The notes beneath the pieces were generated by a model, which had not been told where the DNA came from, searched no databases, and saw only the letters and a list, made by a program, of their open reading frames with translations. DNA of 64,000 bases from a virus, in IMG/VR virus record IMGVR_UViG_3300045988_182866; one strand, given 5' to 3'. A program made the translations under genes and the position numbers. The stretch's first letter is position 1. Each line of letters opens with the position of its first letter. Shown here one piece after another: positions 8,559 through 18,347 of this stretch.

Positions 8559-9908
8559 ATGGCAATTAAACGACTTACGACAGAAATTTTTATAGAAAGG
8601 GCCAAAGCAAAACACGGTATAGACAGGTATGATTACTCGGCAACCAATTATACCCATTGTAATAATAAAATTATAATCAAGTGTTTAATACATAATTTAA
8701 TATTTGAAACCTACCCCCATAATCATTTAAGAGGGAATGGAGGTTGCCCTCTATGTGCTAAAGAAGGACGATCTTTATCATGGCAATCTTTTTTAGAAAA
8801 AAGCATCGAAGCTCACGGGCAAAATCGATATGATTATTCATATGCTAAAAAAGAGTATAAAGGAACCAAATCAAAAATTACAATAATATGTAAAAAATGT
8901 GGACATAGATTTGTTCAATTACCTTCTAATCATATAAAAGGCCATGGTTGTATAAATTGTGTAAATTTAGCTAAATCATTTGATAAAAATTTCTTTATTA
9001 AAGAGGCAGAAAAGAAACATGGTATTGGGAGATATGATTACTCAAAAATAAAATATAAAAATTCATATACTCCCATTTATATTATTTGTAATAAATGTAA
9101 TAAAAAATTTTATCAGCAGCCACGAATACATTTAAAAGGAATTGGATGTTCTCATTGTTATTATAAAAGTAAAACATTAACTAAGGAAGAATTTATTAAA
9201 AGCGCTGAAGAAATACATGAAAAAGGAAAATATGATTATTCTAATGTAGAATATATACAGTCTAACATTAAGATTAAAATTAAATGTAATAAATGTAATA
9301 ATATTTTTTGGCAATATCCCCATGAACATTTAAAAGCCAAAGGATGCCGAATTTGTGCAATTAAAGATATTACTGATACAAAAGAAACATTTATTAAAAA
9401 GGCAAAGAAAGTTCATAAGGATTTTTATGATTATTCAAGTATAAAATATATAAATTCTCAAACTTTAATTTATATTAATTGTCCAAAACATGGTTTTTTC
9501 GCACAACGGCCAAATGCTCATCTAAGAGGTCATGGATGTCCGAATTGTGCACTCGCTGCACAAAGATCTCGAGGAGAAATAGAACTTGGAGAATTTATTA
9601 AATCAATTTATTCCAATAAAATTTTAAAAAATTCTAAAACACAACTTGGAAATAAAATGGAATTGGATATATATCTTCCTGAATTAAAACTCGCCATTGA
9701 GTATAATGGCGATTATTGGCATAATTTGAAAGAGGCCAAACATCCTGGCTGCCATGAAGATAAAAGAAACCGATGTAAAGAAAGAGGAATTAAACTTATT
9801 GAAGTTTTAGATACGGAATGGCAAAAGAATAAAGATCAAATTAAAGAATCTCTTAAAAAACAAATTGGAGAACTTATCAAAATTAGCACCAAAATAAAAT
9901 CAGGATAA
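8559..9908 (+). CDS. Free-standing homing-endonuclease-like protein: 5 tandem zinc-ribbon repeats plus a C-terminal Vsr/DUF559-like nuclease domain
   Basis: Five repeats of FIxxAxxxHGxxRYDYS...IxCxKCxxxFxQxPxxHLKGxGCxxC. The C-terminus ELDIYLPELKLAIEYNGDYWH is almost identical to that of 3717..4814. Confidence 0.65.
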   Translation: MAIKRLTTEIFIERAKAKHGIDRYDYSATNYTHCNNKIIIKCLIHNLIFETYPHNHLRGNGGCPLCAKEGRSLSWQSFLEKSIEAHGQNRYDYSYAKKEYKGTKSKITIICKKCGHRFVQLPSNHIKGHGCINCVNLAKSFDKNFFIKEAEKKHGIGRYDYSKIKYKNSYTPIYIICNKCNKKFYQQPRIHLKGIGCSHCYYKSKTLTKEEFIKSAEEIHEKGKYDYSNVEYIQSNIKIKIKCNKCNNIFWQYPHEHLKAKGCRICAIKDITDTKETFIKKAKKVHKDFYDYSSIKYINSQTLIYINCPKHGFFAQRPNAHLRGHGCPNCALAAQRSRGEIELGEFIKSIYSNKILKNSKTQLGNKMELDIYLPELKLAIEYNGDYWHNLKEAKHPGCHEDKRNRCKERGIKLIEVLDTEWQKNKDQIKESLKKQIGELIKISTKIKSG

Positions 9909-9911
9909 AAT
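9883..9911. repeat. 29-bp direct repeat copy 2, encoding the last residues and stop codon of the HE-like gene
   Basis: Exact match to 8518-8546. Confidence 0.8.
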
Positions 9912-9976
9912 GAATATATTTTAAAAAGTTAAAAACATACTTAACTAAGTGCGCAATATATATATATATTAATACT

Positions 9977-11440
9977 ATGAGTAATATTACTGAAGAACAA
10001 AAAGCTGAATTCCTGAAATATTATCCCGACCATGAAGATAAGCTAGAAGAAATTATCGAATACAATTGTTTATCTTCCTGCGAAGATGATCGTATATTTT
10101 GTTTTTATGATGTTAAATTTGATCCGAATAAGTCAACACTAGAAAAGGTTGATTATTTGAATCCAATGGGAATATATAGCAATTTAGTCTGTTATATTGA
10201 ACGAGGAGATATGAGGAGATCTGATAACTCTATCATCTCTTCTATTGAAGAATTAGTAAAAACTATTAAAGAATTTCCTTATGTTATTTTTGATGCAAAT
10301 ACTGCAGTTATTAAAATTCAAGGAGTTATAGAAAATAGTGAAGATCCTGACCTTAGCGGAATTAAAATTAACATTTATAAATTTGATAAAAAGAAAAATA
10401 AATTTATTAATGAACAAGCTGGATTTCATTCTTACCATCATGAATTAAATGATTTTATTGAATTCATTTATCAATTTGTAAATGATGCAATAAAAGAATA
10501 TGTTAGAGTTAGAGGTAAAGACGGTAATAATTATTTCATGCTTCATCCTAATGTCTATAAGAATAATGAAGAAAAACCTGAAAGCAATAATTCAAAATCT
10601 CTTAAATCTATTATAGACGAATGGAAACAGAAGGTTGATAAAGATCTCGTTATGATTGGAGGCGATCTAAGATTTAAGGATGAAATTAAAAATAAAATTG
10701 AGGAAGATAAATTATACCTTGAACGTCTTATTGCAGAAGCTGACCAGCAAAGGGAAGTAATAGAGGAAAATCCTGACAATGATATTGAAGAAAAAATAAA
10801 TCAAGCTATTATTAATGCTCGTAAGGAGCCTCCTGTTGATCTACCGGAAGAACTTCAAGAAGAGCTTATTGAAAGCATGAAAGATTATAACGATTATTTT
10901 CATAATCCAAATAATAAGCTTCGAGGAGAATATTTTGATGATTTAATCGAACAGCTTAATAATTCTAAAAAGAACTGCTGTTTAATGAAACTTAATAAAG
11001 ATACTGCTACTTGGCTTACCGTTACTGATTTCTTTGAAGAACAAGAAGATACGCTTTTAAGCAAGCTTCTTGAATTTGATCCGGTCATTGAAAAACATGA
11101 TGAAAATTATACGTTAATCAAATTTAAACGAGAAGTATTTGACCAGAATAAAGAAAAGATTGAGAAGATTCAACATCAGTATTTTGCCAGGGCTAATTCT
11201 TTTACTGATTTTGATTTTGACCTTGATTTTAAAATAGTTAGTTTAACCAAAGATGAACATAACTTTATCGTTAGTAATTTAAAGAAACATGCAATTATTT
11301 CCTCAAATGCAGAACCTGAATTTAAAGGATTTTTCAGGAATATTGTTCAGTATGCTCCTGAATTAGAAAATGAAGATATTGAATATATCTTTGAGATAAC
11401 TGATAAATGTTTGCCAACATCTGTTAAAAATAGACTTTAA
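9977..11440 (+). CDS. Hypothetical protein (487 aa), cargo gene inserted between the tail tube and sheath genes
   Basis: Long ORF with no recognisable motifs. It is co-oriented with the HE-like gene, on the strand opposite to the flanking structural genes. Confidence 0.55.
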   Translation: MSNITEEQKAEFLKYYPDHEDKLEEIIEYNCLSSCEDDRIFCFYDVKFDPNKSTLEKVDYLNPMGIYSNLVCYIERGDMRRSDNSIISSIEELVKTIKEFPYVIFDANTAVIKIQGVIENSEDPDLSGIKINIYKFDKKKNKFINEQAGFHSYHHELNDFIEFIYQFVNDAIKEYVRVRGKDGNNYFMLHPNVYKNNEEKPESNNSKSLKSIIDEWKQKVDKDLVMIGGDLRFKDEIKNKIEEDKLYLERLIAEADQQREVIEENPDNDIEEKINQAIINARKEPPVDLPEELQEELIESMKDYNDYFHNPNNKLRGEYFDDLIEQLNNSKKNCCLMKLNKDTATWLTVTDFFEEQEDTLLSKLLEFDPVIEKHDENYTLIKFKREVFDQNKEKIEKIQHQYFARANSFTDFDFDLDFKIVSLTKDEHNFIVSNLKKHAIISSNAEPEFKGFFRNIVQYAPELENEDIEYIFEITDKCLPTSVKNRL

Positions 11441-11565
11441 AAATATGATTAGTAAGAAATTACCACCTCTTTGGAAGCAACAACTCGTCTGGTGCTTATG
11501 TAAACTATTGAATATAAATTTTCGAATTTATCCAAATCGGCCCAAAGATGAAAAAGTTGATTAAT

Positions 11566-11600
11566 AAAAAAGCTGAGTCATTAATTTGACTCAGCTTTTT
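11566..11600. terminator. Bidirectional terminator hairpin AAAAAAGCTGAGTCA-ttaatt-TGACTCAGCTTTTT
   Basis: Near-identical to the 3702-3737 hairpin, with compensatory changes in the stem. Confidence 0.6.
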
Positions 11601-11627
11601 CTTTTGTTAGTTATGTAATAAAAACTA

Positions 11628-12194
11628 TTATTGAGCTACAGCAACATTAGATATTCCGTCACTTGTATCATAGTACACATAGGCAAAAGTAACGTCGCAA
11701 GTTACTAGCGCACCGCTCCCATCCTCATAGTTAAATGTGATTGGATTAACATTTCTTATGGAAGCATGACGCAAATTATATGTTACTAAAGGATTAAGTT
11801 TTGAGTCAATTGTACTTATCGACACGTATTGATCTGCGCTTGGAAATCTATAATCACCGGTAGATGTTGTATCATTGAAAGTGATTCGAGAAGCCCGTTC
11901 TAATTTCTGGCGCGCTGTTCCTTCGGCATCCATAAAAAATTTAATCGTATATTCAGAGCTGCCGGTATATTTTACCGAGCCTGGATAATGTACTTCAAGC
12001 CCCATGTATTGTTGCGTTTGATTTACAATTTGACGGGCTGGAAGTTGAGTCGCAGTACAATAAATTATTTCATCACTAGTCAAAGCCAAAGCATCAGTAT
12101 TAACGGCTACAAGACGAAAATTAAAGTCTCGTAAGAACTGGCGTTTTTGAGCTTGGGAAATGAAATCACGAATTCCTGGGATATTTCCGTTCAT
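11628..12194 (-). CDS. Tail tube protein (T4 gp19 family)
   Basis: IYCTATQLPARQIV matches gp19 FQCKATALPAGIV. The C-terminus VTCDVTFAYVYYD matches gp19 FEVTLALDYWE. The size is similar to gp19. Confidence 0.6.
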   Translation of the reverse strand: MNGNIPGIRDFISQAQKRQFLRDFNFRLVAVNTDALALTSDEIIYCTATQLPARQIVNQTQQYMGLEVHYPGSVKYTGSSEYTIKFFMDAEGTARQKLERASRITFNDTTSTGDYRFPSADQYVSISTIDSKLNPLVTYNLRHASIRNVNPITFNYEDGSGALVTCDVTFAYVYYDTSDGISNVAVAQ

Positions 12195-12230
12195 ATATCT
12201 CTATTTAGATCAACTAAATATTAAAACATA

Positions 12231-13205
12231 ATGGCTAAGAAGATAGGTCCAATTCCAAGTTTTCTCAATAAGATCTCTAATAATTGGGGTCTATCTTTTA
12301 TTTTTACTAAAATATGGGGAATTACTTTTCATCCGTCCAGAGGATTAAATTCTTTGGCTAGTTCCATTCAAAATGTTCTTACCAAATATGATGATATAAA
12401 TGATTTTCTTTCTTTTATCAATTCAGATGGAAACATTTATCGAAATATTTTAGGCAATAATGAGGCAATTTCAAATAGAATCGCTGAAATTGAAAGTTTT
12501 ATTTTAGCTAATAAAATTTCTATTCCGAATGAAAATGTCAGTATTTCATTCCCAGCTTCTGTTCAAATTCCTAATGCCGGAGGGTTAATTCAGGGAAGAG
12601 TAGGAGAAGGACGTCGTTCTAATTTTAACGATTTGTCTATTACATTCCTTGATACTAACCGAGAATTAGTTGAATATATTATTAAACCATGGATTATTGC
12701 CGTTGCACATCAAGGCTTAATTGAAGATCCGCAACTGGATAATTTAAAAGCAGATATTAAATGCTATTTCTTTGCAAAATCTTCTCCTAATTTTCAAGTA
12801 AAAAGAAATGGCGAACGATTAGTGCAAACTTCATTTTATCCTCAATATACCAATTCACAAAATTTGACTACTCAACCATATGTCTGGGGATCTAAGTCGA
12901 CGGAATATATGGTTTCGAAAGCCAATGAAGAACAGCCGTATCTTAGGAAAATTATTACTTTTAGAGGTTGTGTTCCGCTTTCAATTCCTGATAAATCTTA
13001 CAACTATGCAGGAGATATGGGAGCTGATGAAATGATGACTCCGATTAAATTTTCCTATGAATGGTATGAAGTTCAGGAAATGGCCGGAAAACCGTTTTCT
13101 TTAGGAGATGCTCTTGTTACTGAGGGGAAAACGACAACTTTGCCAACTATATATGATAATAGTATCGACCCCGAAACAAGTCTAAGAGGCGGAAATATAG
13201 TTTAA
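12231..13205 (+). CDS. Structural protein, possibly a gp19-family baseplate tail-tube initiator (gp48/gp54-like)
   Basis: First gene of the long + strand late operon. The C-terminus KFSYEWYEV weakly resembles the tube-family C-terminus. Confidence 0.35.
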   Translation: MAKKIGPIPSFLNKISNNWGLSFIFTKIWGITFHPSRGLNSLASSIQNVLTKYDDINDFLSFINSDGNIYRNILGNNEAISNRIAEIESFILANKISIPNENVSISFPASVQIPNAGGLIQGRVGEGRRSNFNDLSITFLDTNRELVEYIIKPWIIAVAHQGLIEDPQLDNLKADIKCYFFAKSSPNFQVKRNGERLVQTSFYPQYTNSQNLTTQPYVWGSKSTEYMVSKANEEQPYLRKIITFRGCVPLSIPDKSYNYAGDMGADEMMTPIKFSYEWYEVQEMAGKPFSLGDALVTEGKTTTLPTIYDNSIDPETSLRGGNIV

Positions 13206-13209
13206 CAGC

Positions 13210-14046
13210 ATGTTTAAATTTAAATGTAAGTTACCTTCCAAAAAGGTTGTTTATTGTGAAGAGATTACTAATGAAACTTATATTTCTCTTCACAAATATG
13301 TAATGAATAATGACCTTCTTGGATTTTATAAAGAATTAGATGGGCATATTGCAAAAACTGTACCTGAAATCTATTCCTTAAATTTATTAGATAAAGTTTA
13401 CATTTATTTGAGTATTCGAGCTTATTCTATTTCTGATGCTATTGAATTAAAAACAGATAATTTCTTCAATAAAGACTTATACAGTTTATTTGATACTTTA
13501 GATAATCTTCGAGAAACCTTTTTTGAACCTATTGAAACAATTATTGAAACCAAATCAGGGAATGCAAAATTTAAAATTAATTGTCCATTTCTATTTGAAG
13601 AAATAGATGATGAATTACTTCCTGATATTTTATCGGGAGTTAAAAATATTAATTTAAATTCACAAGAATTTTGTTTAAAAACTTCTAAAGATTTATTAGC
13701 TCTAAACTATCTTATTACTCCTGAAAATTATAATAAATTAAATGATTTAATTCTTCAGAAATACAATATTAATATTATTTTTGCTAAGGGTAAAATAGAA
13801 CTTCCTTTACTAAGCCATCTGACATATAGATTTATTGCTGAAAGCCTTTTCTTTAATGATTTAGACGGACTTTATACTCTTTCTTACTCTCTTTTAAGGC
13901 ATCTTAATTTATCTCTCTCGGATTTTAATAAAATGTCTCCCATTGAATCAACTATTTTTATGTCTAAGCTCATCAAAGAGAAAGAAGAAGAGAGAGAAGC
14001 TGAAGAAAAAAATAACTCAAATAATAAGAATGAGTTTATCTTTTAG
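13210..14046 (+). CDS. Hypothetical structural/assembly protein (278 aa)
   Basis: ORF in the operon. The C-terminus is Glu/Lys-rich. Confidence 0.45.
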   Translation: MFKFKCKLPSKKVVYCEEITNETYISLHKYVMNNDLLGFYKELDGHIAKTVPEIYSLNLLDKVYIYLSIRAYSISDAIELKTDNFFNKDLYSLFDTLDNLRETFFEPIETIIETKSGNAKFKINCPFLFEEIDDELLPDILSGVKNINLNSQEFCLKTSKDLLALNYLITPENYNKLNDLILQKYNINIIFAKGKIELPLLSHLTYRFIAESLFFNDLDGLYTLSYSLLRHLNLSLSDFNKMSPIESTIFMSKLIKEKEEEREAEEKNNSNNKNEFIF

Positions 14047-14063
14047 CTGATTAATTAAATCAT

Positions 14064-14861
14064 ATGGCACAACATTTATCCACTTTATTCAGTTCTCTTG
14101 AAAATATTAAAAAGACTACTGAATTAGATGAAAAGTATAAAATTTCTGAACTTACTCTTGCTCAACAACGGGAATTAATTGTTTCCGTTTTTGACCCCTT
14201 TGAAACTCCGGCGAAACTTGGAATTGCCTTTAATAATATTATTAATTCCTGTGTTGAAACAACTGACGGAACTAATAAAGATATTACTATTGTTGAAAAA
14301 CCGATGCTTCTTCGTGCACTTCGGGATTTAACAATCGGAGATAAGTTTACCAAAAAGGTTATCGATGATGAAGGAAATGAAAAAACTGAAAATTATCAGT
14401 TCAATACTCTTAATCCTAAAGCTTTTCATAAAATTAAAAAAGAAAAAGAGATTCGTTTAGATGGAGTTATCAAAATTACTCTTTGTGCTCCGACTCTTTC
14501 CCGCGATACTGAAGTTAATAAAACTATTATTCAGAAAATCAACAATTATCGAAGAAATATTGAAAGCAGACGTCATCAGCCTGACCCGGGAGAGATTGCG
14601 GCTCAATATCTTATTTGTGAATTAACAAAGTATATTAAGTCTATTCAAATCAATGAAGAAATTTTTAACTTTACTGATTTAATTGTTGATGAACAAATTA
14701 AAGTAATCAATAGCCTTCCTCAGGAACATATTAATAAAATTACTGATTTTATTGAAGAAGTTAAAAAGGGTGAAGAATTAGCTTTTACTGCTACTAATTT
14801 AGAGACCGGAAAACAAGAGAAAATCAGTATTGAACATAATATTTTCTCGAAGGAGCTCTAA
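14064..14861 (+). CDS. Hypothetical protein (265 aa)
   Basis: ORF in the operon. Confidence 0.45.
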   Translation: MAQHLSTLFSSLENIKKTTELDEKYKISELTLAQQRELIVSVFDPFETPAKLGIAFNNIINSCVETTDGTNKDITIVEKPMLLRALRDLTIGDKFTKKVIDDEGNEKTENYQFNTLNPKAFHKIKKEKEIRLDGVIKITLCAPTLSRDTEVNKTIIQKINNYRRNIESRRHQPDPGEIAAQYLICELTKYIKSIQINEEIFNFTDLIVDEQIKVINSLPQEHINKITDFIEEVKKGEELAFTATNLETGKQEKISIEHNIFSKEL

Positions 14862-14880
14862 GGTTTTCACCTTTAAATAA

Positions 14881-17109
14881 TTGCTAATACAGGCAATTAT
14901 CATGGCAGAAGCTCTTGAAATAAAACTTCCACAGTCTTTCTTTGATGCTCTTGAAGAAATTAAAGAAAGTTCTGAAGAAAGAAATGACAATAGAAGTGAT
15001 TCAGACTTTTATGCCAAAAATATTTTAAATGGTGGAAATATTCAAAAAGTTGCTCCAACTTTTACAAGTCAATTAGCTAAAGGTTATGAAGATATTGGTG
15101 CCGCTATTTTTAAAGGCGGTACTAAAATCTTTTTTGAATATTGGGATAAGATTAAAAAACAGGAGGAATATAAAAAAGTAGATAAATCTCCTGCAAAACA
15201 AATCAATCCCATCATCAATGTTAATCTTCCAAAGGAAAAAGTTCCTAAATTACCTCCGACTGGGTCATTGTCTGATCTTGCTCTTTTAGCCCTTTTATTA
15301 TTGGGATTAGCTGGAAGAACTGGTCCTCTTGGACAAATTGTTGAGTCTATTGCTTATCTCCCTGAAGCTTTAAGGGGATTAGTAGGAGCTAAATGGGTTA
15401 AAAGTATTATTGAAAAAATTAAAGAGCCTCTTAAAGCTTTTAAAAATGGCTTAAAAGCTATTCCTAAATTTTTTGAAAGTTTTGGTAAGTTAGGAAACTT
15501 TATTGGTAAAACTATTAGTAGGCTGGGTAAAATCACTGGAAATATTTTTTCATTATTGGGAAAAACCGGAATAGGTATTATTACTAAAACAGTTGGGCCC
15601 TTCTTAAAAAAGCTTCCTTTAATCGGAACAGTAATGTCATTATATCAGGCTTATCTTCGATATAATGAAGGAAACTATAGCCAGGCAATTATGGAATTAT
15701 TTGCCGGGATTTTACCATTCTTCGGACCGGTTGGTGCCGGGGTAGCAATAGGTATTAATGTACTTCAAATGCTTTGGGATGGTAATGTTGGGGGAAGCGG
15801 AGTTGCAAAAGCCGCATTAAAGGGTGGAGCAACACTTGCTCGGAATTTTATATCGATGTTTCCGAAAACCCTTGTCAAGCTATTAAAGCCAGTAAGTACC
15901 GCACTTAGAAGAATTCCAATTTTTGGTGGCTTAATAGGTCTTGGATTTGCTATTAATGATTTTAAAAATGGCAATAATTTATCCGGAGCATTAAATTTAG
16001 TCTCAGGTATTGCAACATTTCTTGACTTATTAATTCCTGGTTTGGGAACAGGTATTGCTATTGGAATAGATGCAATAAATTATTGGGTTAATAATACTGA
16101 AAGTGGTAAAAATTTTACCAATAATACTTCTGATTGGTTGGGAAAAGCCTGGACTTGGATGAAAGATCTTTCCAAATATATCTGGGATGGTATTTTAGCT
16201 GGCTATAAATGGCTCGAAGATATTTTAGGAAAAGCCTGGCAAGGTATTAAATCTTTCTTTAATGATATTATTAATTGGTATAAAGACGCATTTAAAATTA
16301 TCGGTAAGAAATTAGATGATACCTGGAATTTTATTTTAGGTTCCGTTAAAAAATCTATTTCTAATACTATTGATACTGTTAAAAGCGGATTTGATAGAAT
16401 AACTGAAACTTTTAATACTGTTAAAGGTTTTGTTAATGATAAAATTATTAAGCCGTTTAAATCTTTAGTAAATCATGTTCTTATTCCTGTTCTTAAACTT
16501 AAGGATAAGATTATGGGAACTAGTACAGCTGAAGAATATCAAAAAAGCTTAAATCAATTTTCTGCTGAAATTAAGTCTGTCTCTGATTTAGATACTCAAC
16601 AATTAAGAGCTTTGCAAATTGCTCGAGCCGAAGCTTTTAAAAAGTTTGGTACCGATTCGTTAAACGATTCTTCCAAGAAATATAAAGAAGCAATGGAGTA
16701 TATTAAAGCCAGACAGGCTGAGCTTAATAATACTTCTGCTGATAGTCTTAGTAAGATTCAATCTGATTTAGAAAAAAGTTCTACCACTACTGTTATTGAT
16801 AAACGCTTGGAAAAAGCTAATGTTAATACAAAGATTGAATTAGAAAATACCAAAACAACTTTAGATGCTCAAAAGATTTCTCTTCAAGAAGCTTTAAAGA
16901 AAAACAACCTGCAAACTAATAACATTGCTACTGACCAAGCTACATATATGAATAAACTTCTTTCGGGAATTGACCGTTTAATTGATACGGTCAAGGATAA
17001 ACCTGTTGCTTTTGCTAATCTTAATATGCCTCAGGTAAATGTTAATAATATAGGTAATGGAGGTTCTTATCAAGGAGCTTCCGATCCTAGATATGGATAT
17101 AGGTATTAA
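14881..17109 (+). CDS. Putative tail tape measure protein (742 aa)
   Basis: Gly-rich hydrophobic segments (GLAGRTGPLG, FFGPVGAGVAIGINV, IPGLGTGIAIGIDAI), a Trp-periodic segment (WLGKAWTWMKD...WLEDILGKAW...) and a C-terminal predicted coiled coil. It lies near the tube and baseplate genes. Confidence 0.45.
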   Translation: MLIQAIIMAEALEIKLPQSFFDALEEIKESSEERNDNRSDSDFYAKNILNGGNIQKVAPTFTSQLAKGYEDIGAAIFKGGTKIFFEYWDKIKKQEEYKKVDKSPAKQINPIINVNLPKEKVPKLPPTGSLSDLALLALLLLGLAGRTGPLGQIVESIAYLPEALRGLVGAKWVKSIIEKIKEPLKAFKNGLKAIPKFFESFGKLGNFIGKTISRLGKITGNIFSLLGKTGIGIITKTVGPFLKKLPLIGTVMSLYQAYLRYNEGNYSQAIMELFAGILPFFGPVGAGVAIGINVLQMLWDGNVGGSGVAKAALKGGATLARNFISMFPKTLVKLLKPVSTALRRIPIFGGLIGLGFAINDFKNGNNLSGALNLVSGIATFLDLLIPGLGTGIAIGIDAINYWVNNTESGKNFTNNTSDWLGKAWTWMKDLSKYIWDGILAGYKWLEDILGKAWQGIKSFFNDIINWYKDAFKIIGKKLDDTWNFILGSVKKSISNTIDTVKSGFDRITETFNTVKGFVNDKIIKPFKSLVNHVLIPVLKLKDKIMGTSTAEEYQKSLNQFSAEIKSVSDLDTQQLRALQIARAEAFKKFGTDSLNDSSKKYKEAMEYIKARQAELNNTSADSLSKIQSDLEKSSTTTVIDKRLEKANVNTKIELENTKTTLDAQKISLQEALKKNNLQTNNIATDQATYMNKLLSGIDRLIDTVKDKPVAFANLNMPQVNVNNIGNGGSYQGASDPRYGYRY

Positions 17110-17111
17110 TT

Positions 17112-18344
17112 ATGGCCCTTACACCTCAAGAAGAAGCTGGAATTCGTAAAAGAGCTGCCATTGCAGTAGCCGAGGCAGAAGCAGCAAAAGAAAAAGCAGC
17201 TAAGTCAAAAACTCAGGCTGCTGCAAATACTATCCCAAAAACATCTAATGGGGTACAAGAAAAAAATTCAGCTCGGTATTCTCAAATGGAGAATACTTAT
17301 AATGAACTTCTTTCAAATGTTACTTCTGATGTTAAAAATGATATTAAGAATGGAGATATTGTTAATATTTTAAAGGATTATGACTGGATTGTCAATAAGG
17401 CAAAAACAGAAGATCTTTTACCGTGTGCCTATGTTAGAGAATTTCGCCAAAATGTCTCTACATTTGCAATGTCCATGAAATGGCTGCTAAACAATGTTTC
17501 AACAGGATTTATTGATACTTTTGCTAAAGTTGTCGGGCAATTTAGCGAAGCTGGAGGAGAAGCTTTAAAAAAAATAGGAAATAGTTTAGGAGATGCTGTA
17601 TCAAATGCAACTTCCAGTACAAATATCTATAATACTATTGTTACAGGAAATAATCATCTGAGTCCATATGAAAATATGTATTCGTATGATACTACTAATT
17701 GTTTAAAATATGTATTTCCATATTTTGATAATGATTATATCAGTCTTTCTAATTCATTTTCTGATTCTCCTCAAACTAGATCATGGTTTCAGACATCTTT
17801 AGCAAATAACCTTGATGTTATTGCTGGTATTTCTGGTAATCTGCAAGGAGCTTCTAATGTCGGTGATATGATCGGTAATATGCTCAATAAAGATAATAGC
17901 TTTACTTGGTCAAATGACGGAATTTATCTTGAAAAACCAAAATATTTCCAATATGAAAGCTCTCAGGATGCAGTAGCTATTAATTTTATTCTTTATAATA
18001 CGGTTAATCATGGAGGTTTAGAAGATACTGCTTGGAAGAAAAATTATCGATTTATCAAGAATATTGCTCTTAAAAATCTTCCATACAGGTTAGATGCTTT
18101 CAAATATAAAACTCCAGCTCTCTATGAAGTGTCAGTTCCGGGAACAAAATATTTCCCAGTCTCTTTTGTCTCTAAATTAGAAGTTAAAAATTTAGGTACA
18201 AGAAGATTTCTCCAATATAAAACTAATCAAAAAGTATTAGTTCCGGACGCCTGGCAAATAACTATTGTTTTTCAATCATTATTGTATAAATCAGCTAACC
18301 TTTATGCAACAGCATTAGAAAAAGGTCCAACTATCATAAAGTAA
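17112..18344 (+). CDS. Hypothetical structural protein (410 aa)
   Basis: ORF in the operon, translationally coupled to its neighbours. Confidence 0.45.
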   Translation: MALTPQEEAGIRKRAAIAVAEAEAAKEKAAKSKTQAAANTIPKTSNGVQEKNSARYSQMENTYNELLSNVTSDVKNDIKNGDIVNILKDYDWIVNKAKTEDLLPCAYVREFRQNVSTFAMSMKWLLNNVSTGFIDTFAKVVGQFSEAGGEALKKIGNSLGDAVSNATSSTNIYNTIVTGNNHLSPYENMYSYDTTNCLKYVFPYFDNDYISLSNSFSDSPQTRSWFQTSLANNLDVIAGISGNLQGASNVGDMIGNMLNKDNSFTWSNDGIYLEKPKYFQYESSQDAVAINFILYNTVNHGGLEDTAWKKNYRFIKNIALKNLPYRLDAFKYKTPALYEVSVPGTKYFPVSFVSKLEVKNLGTRRFLQYKTNQKVLVPDAWQITIVFQSLLYKSANLYATALEKGPTIIK

Positions 18345-18347
18345 ACC

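Noticed and set aside
8518-9911. CRISPR-like array suggested by the 29-bp exact repeat
   Set aside because: There are only two copies, 1.3 kb apart, with a protein-coding gene between them and no cas genes. This is a bracketing direct repeat, not an array.
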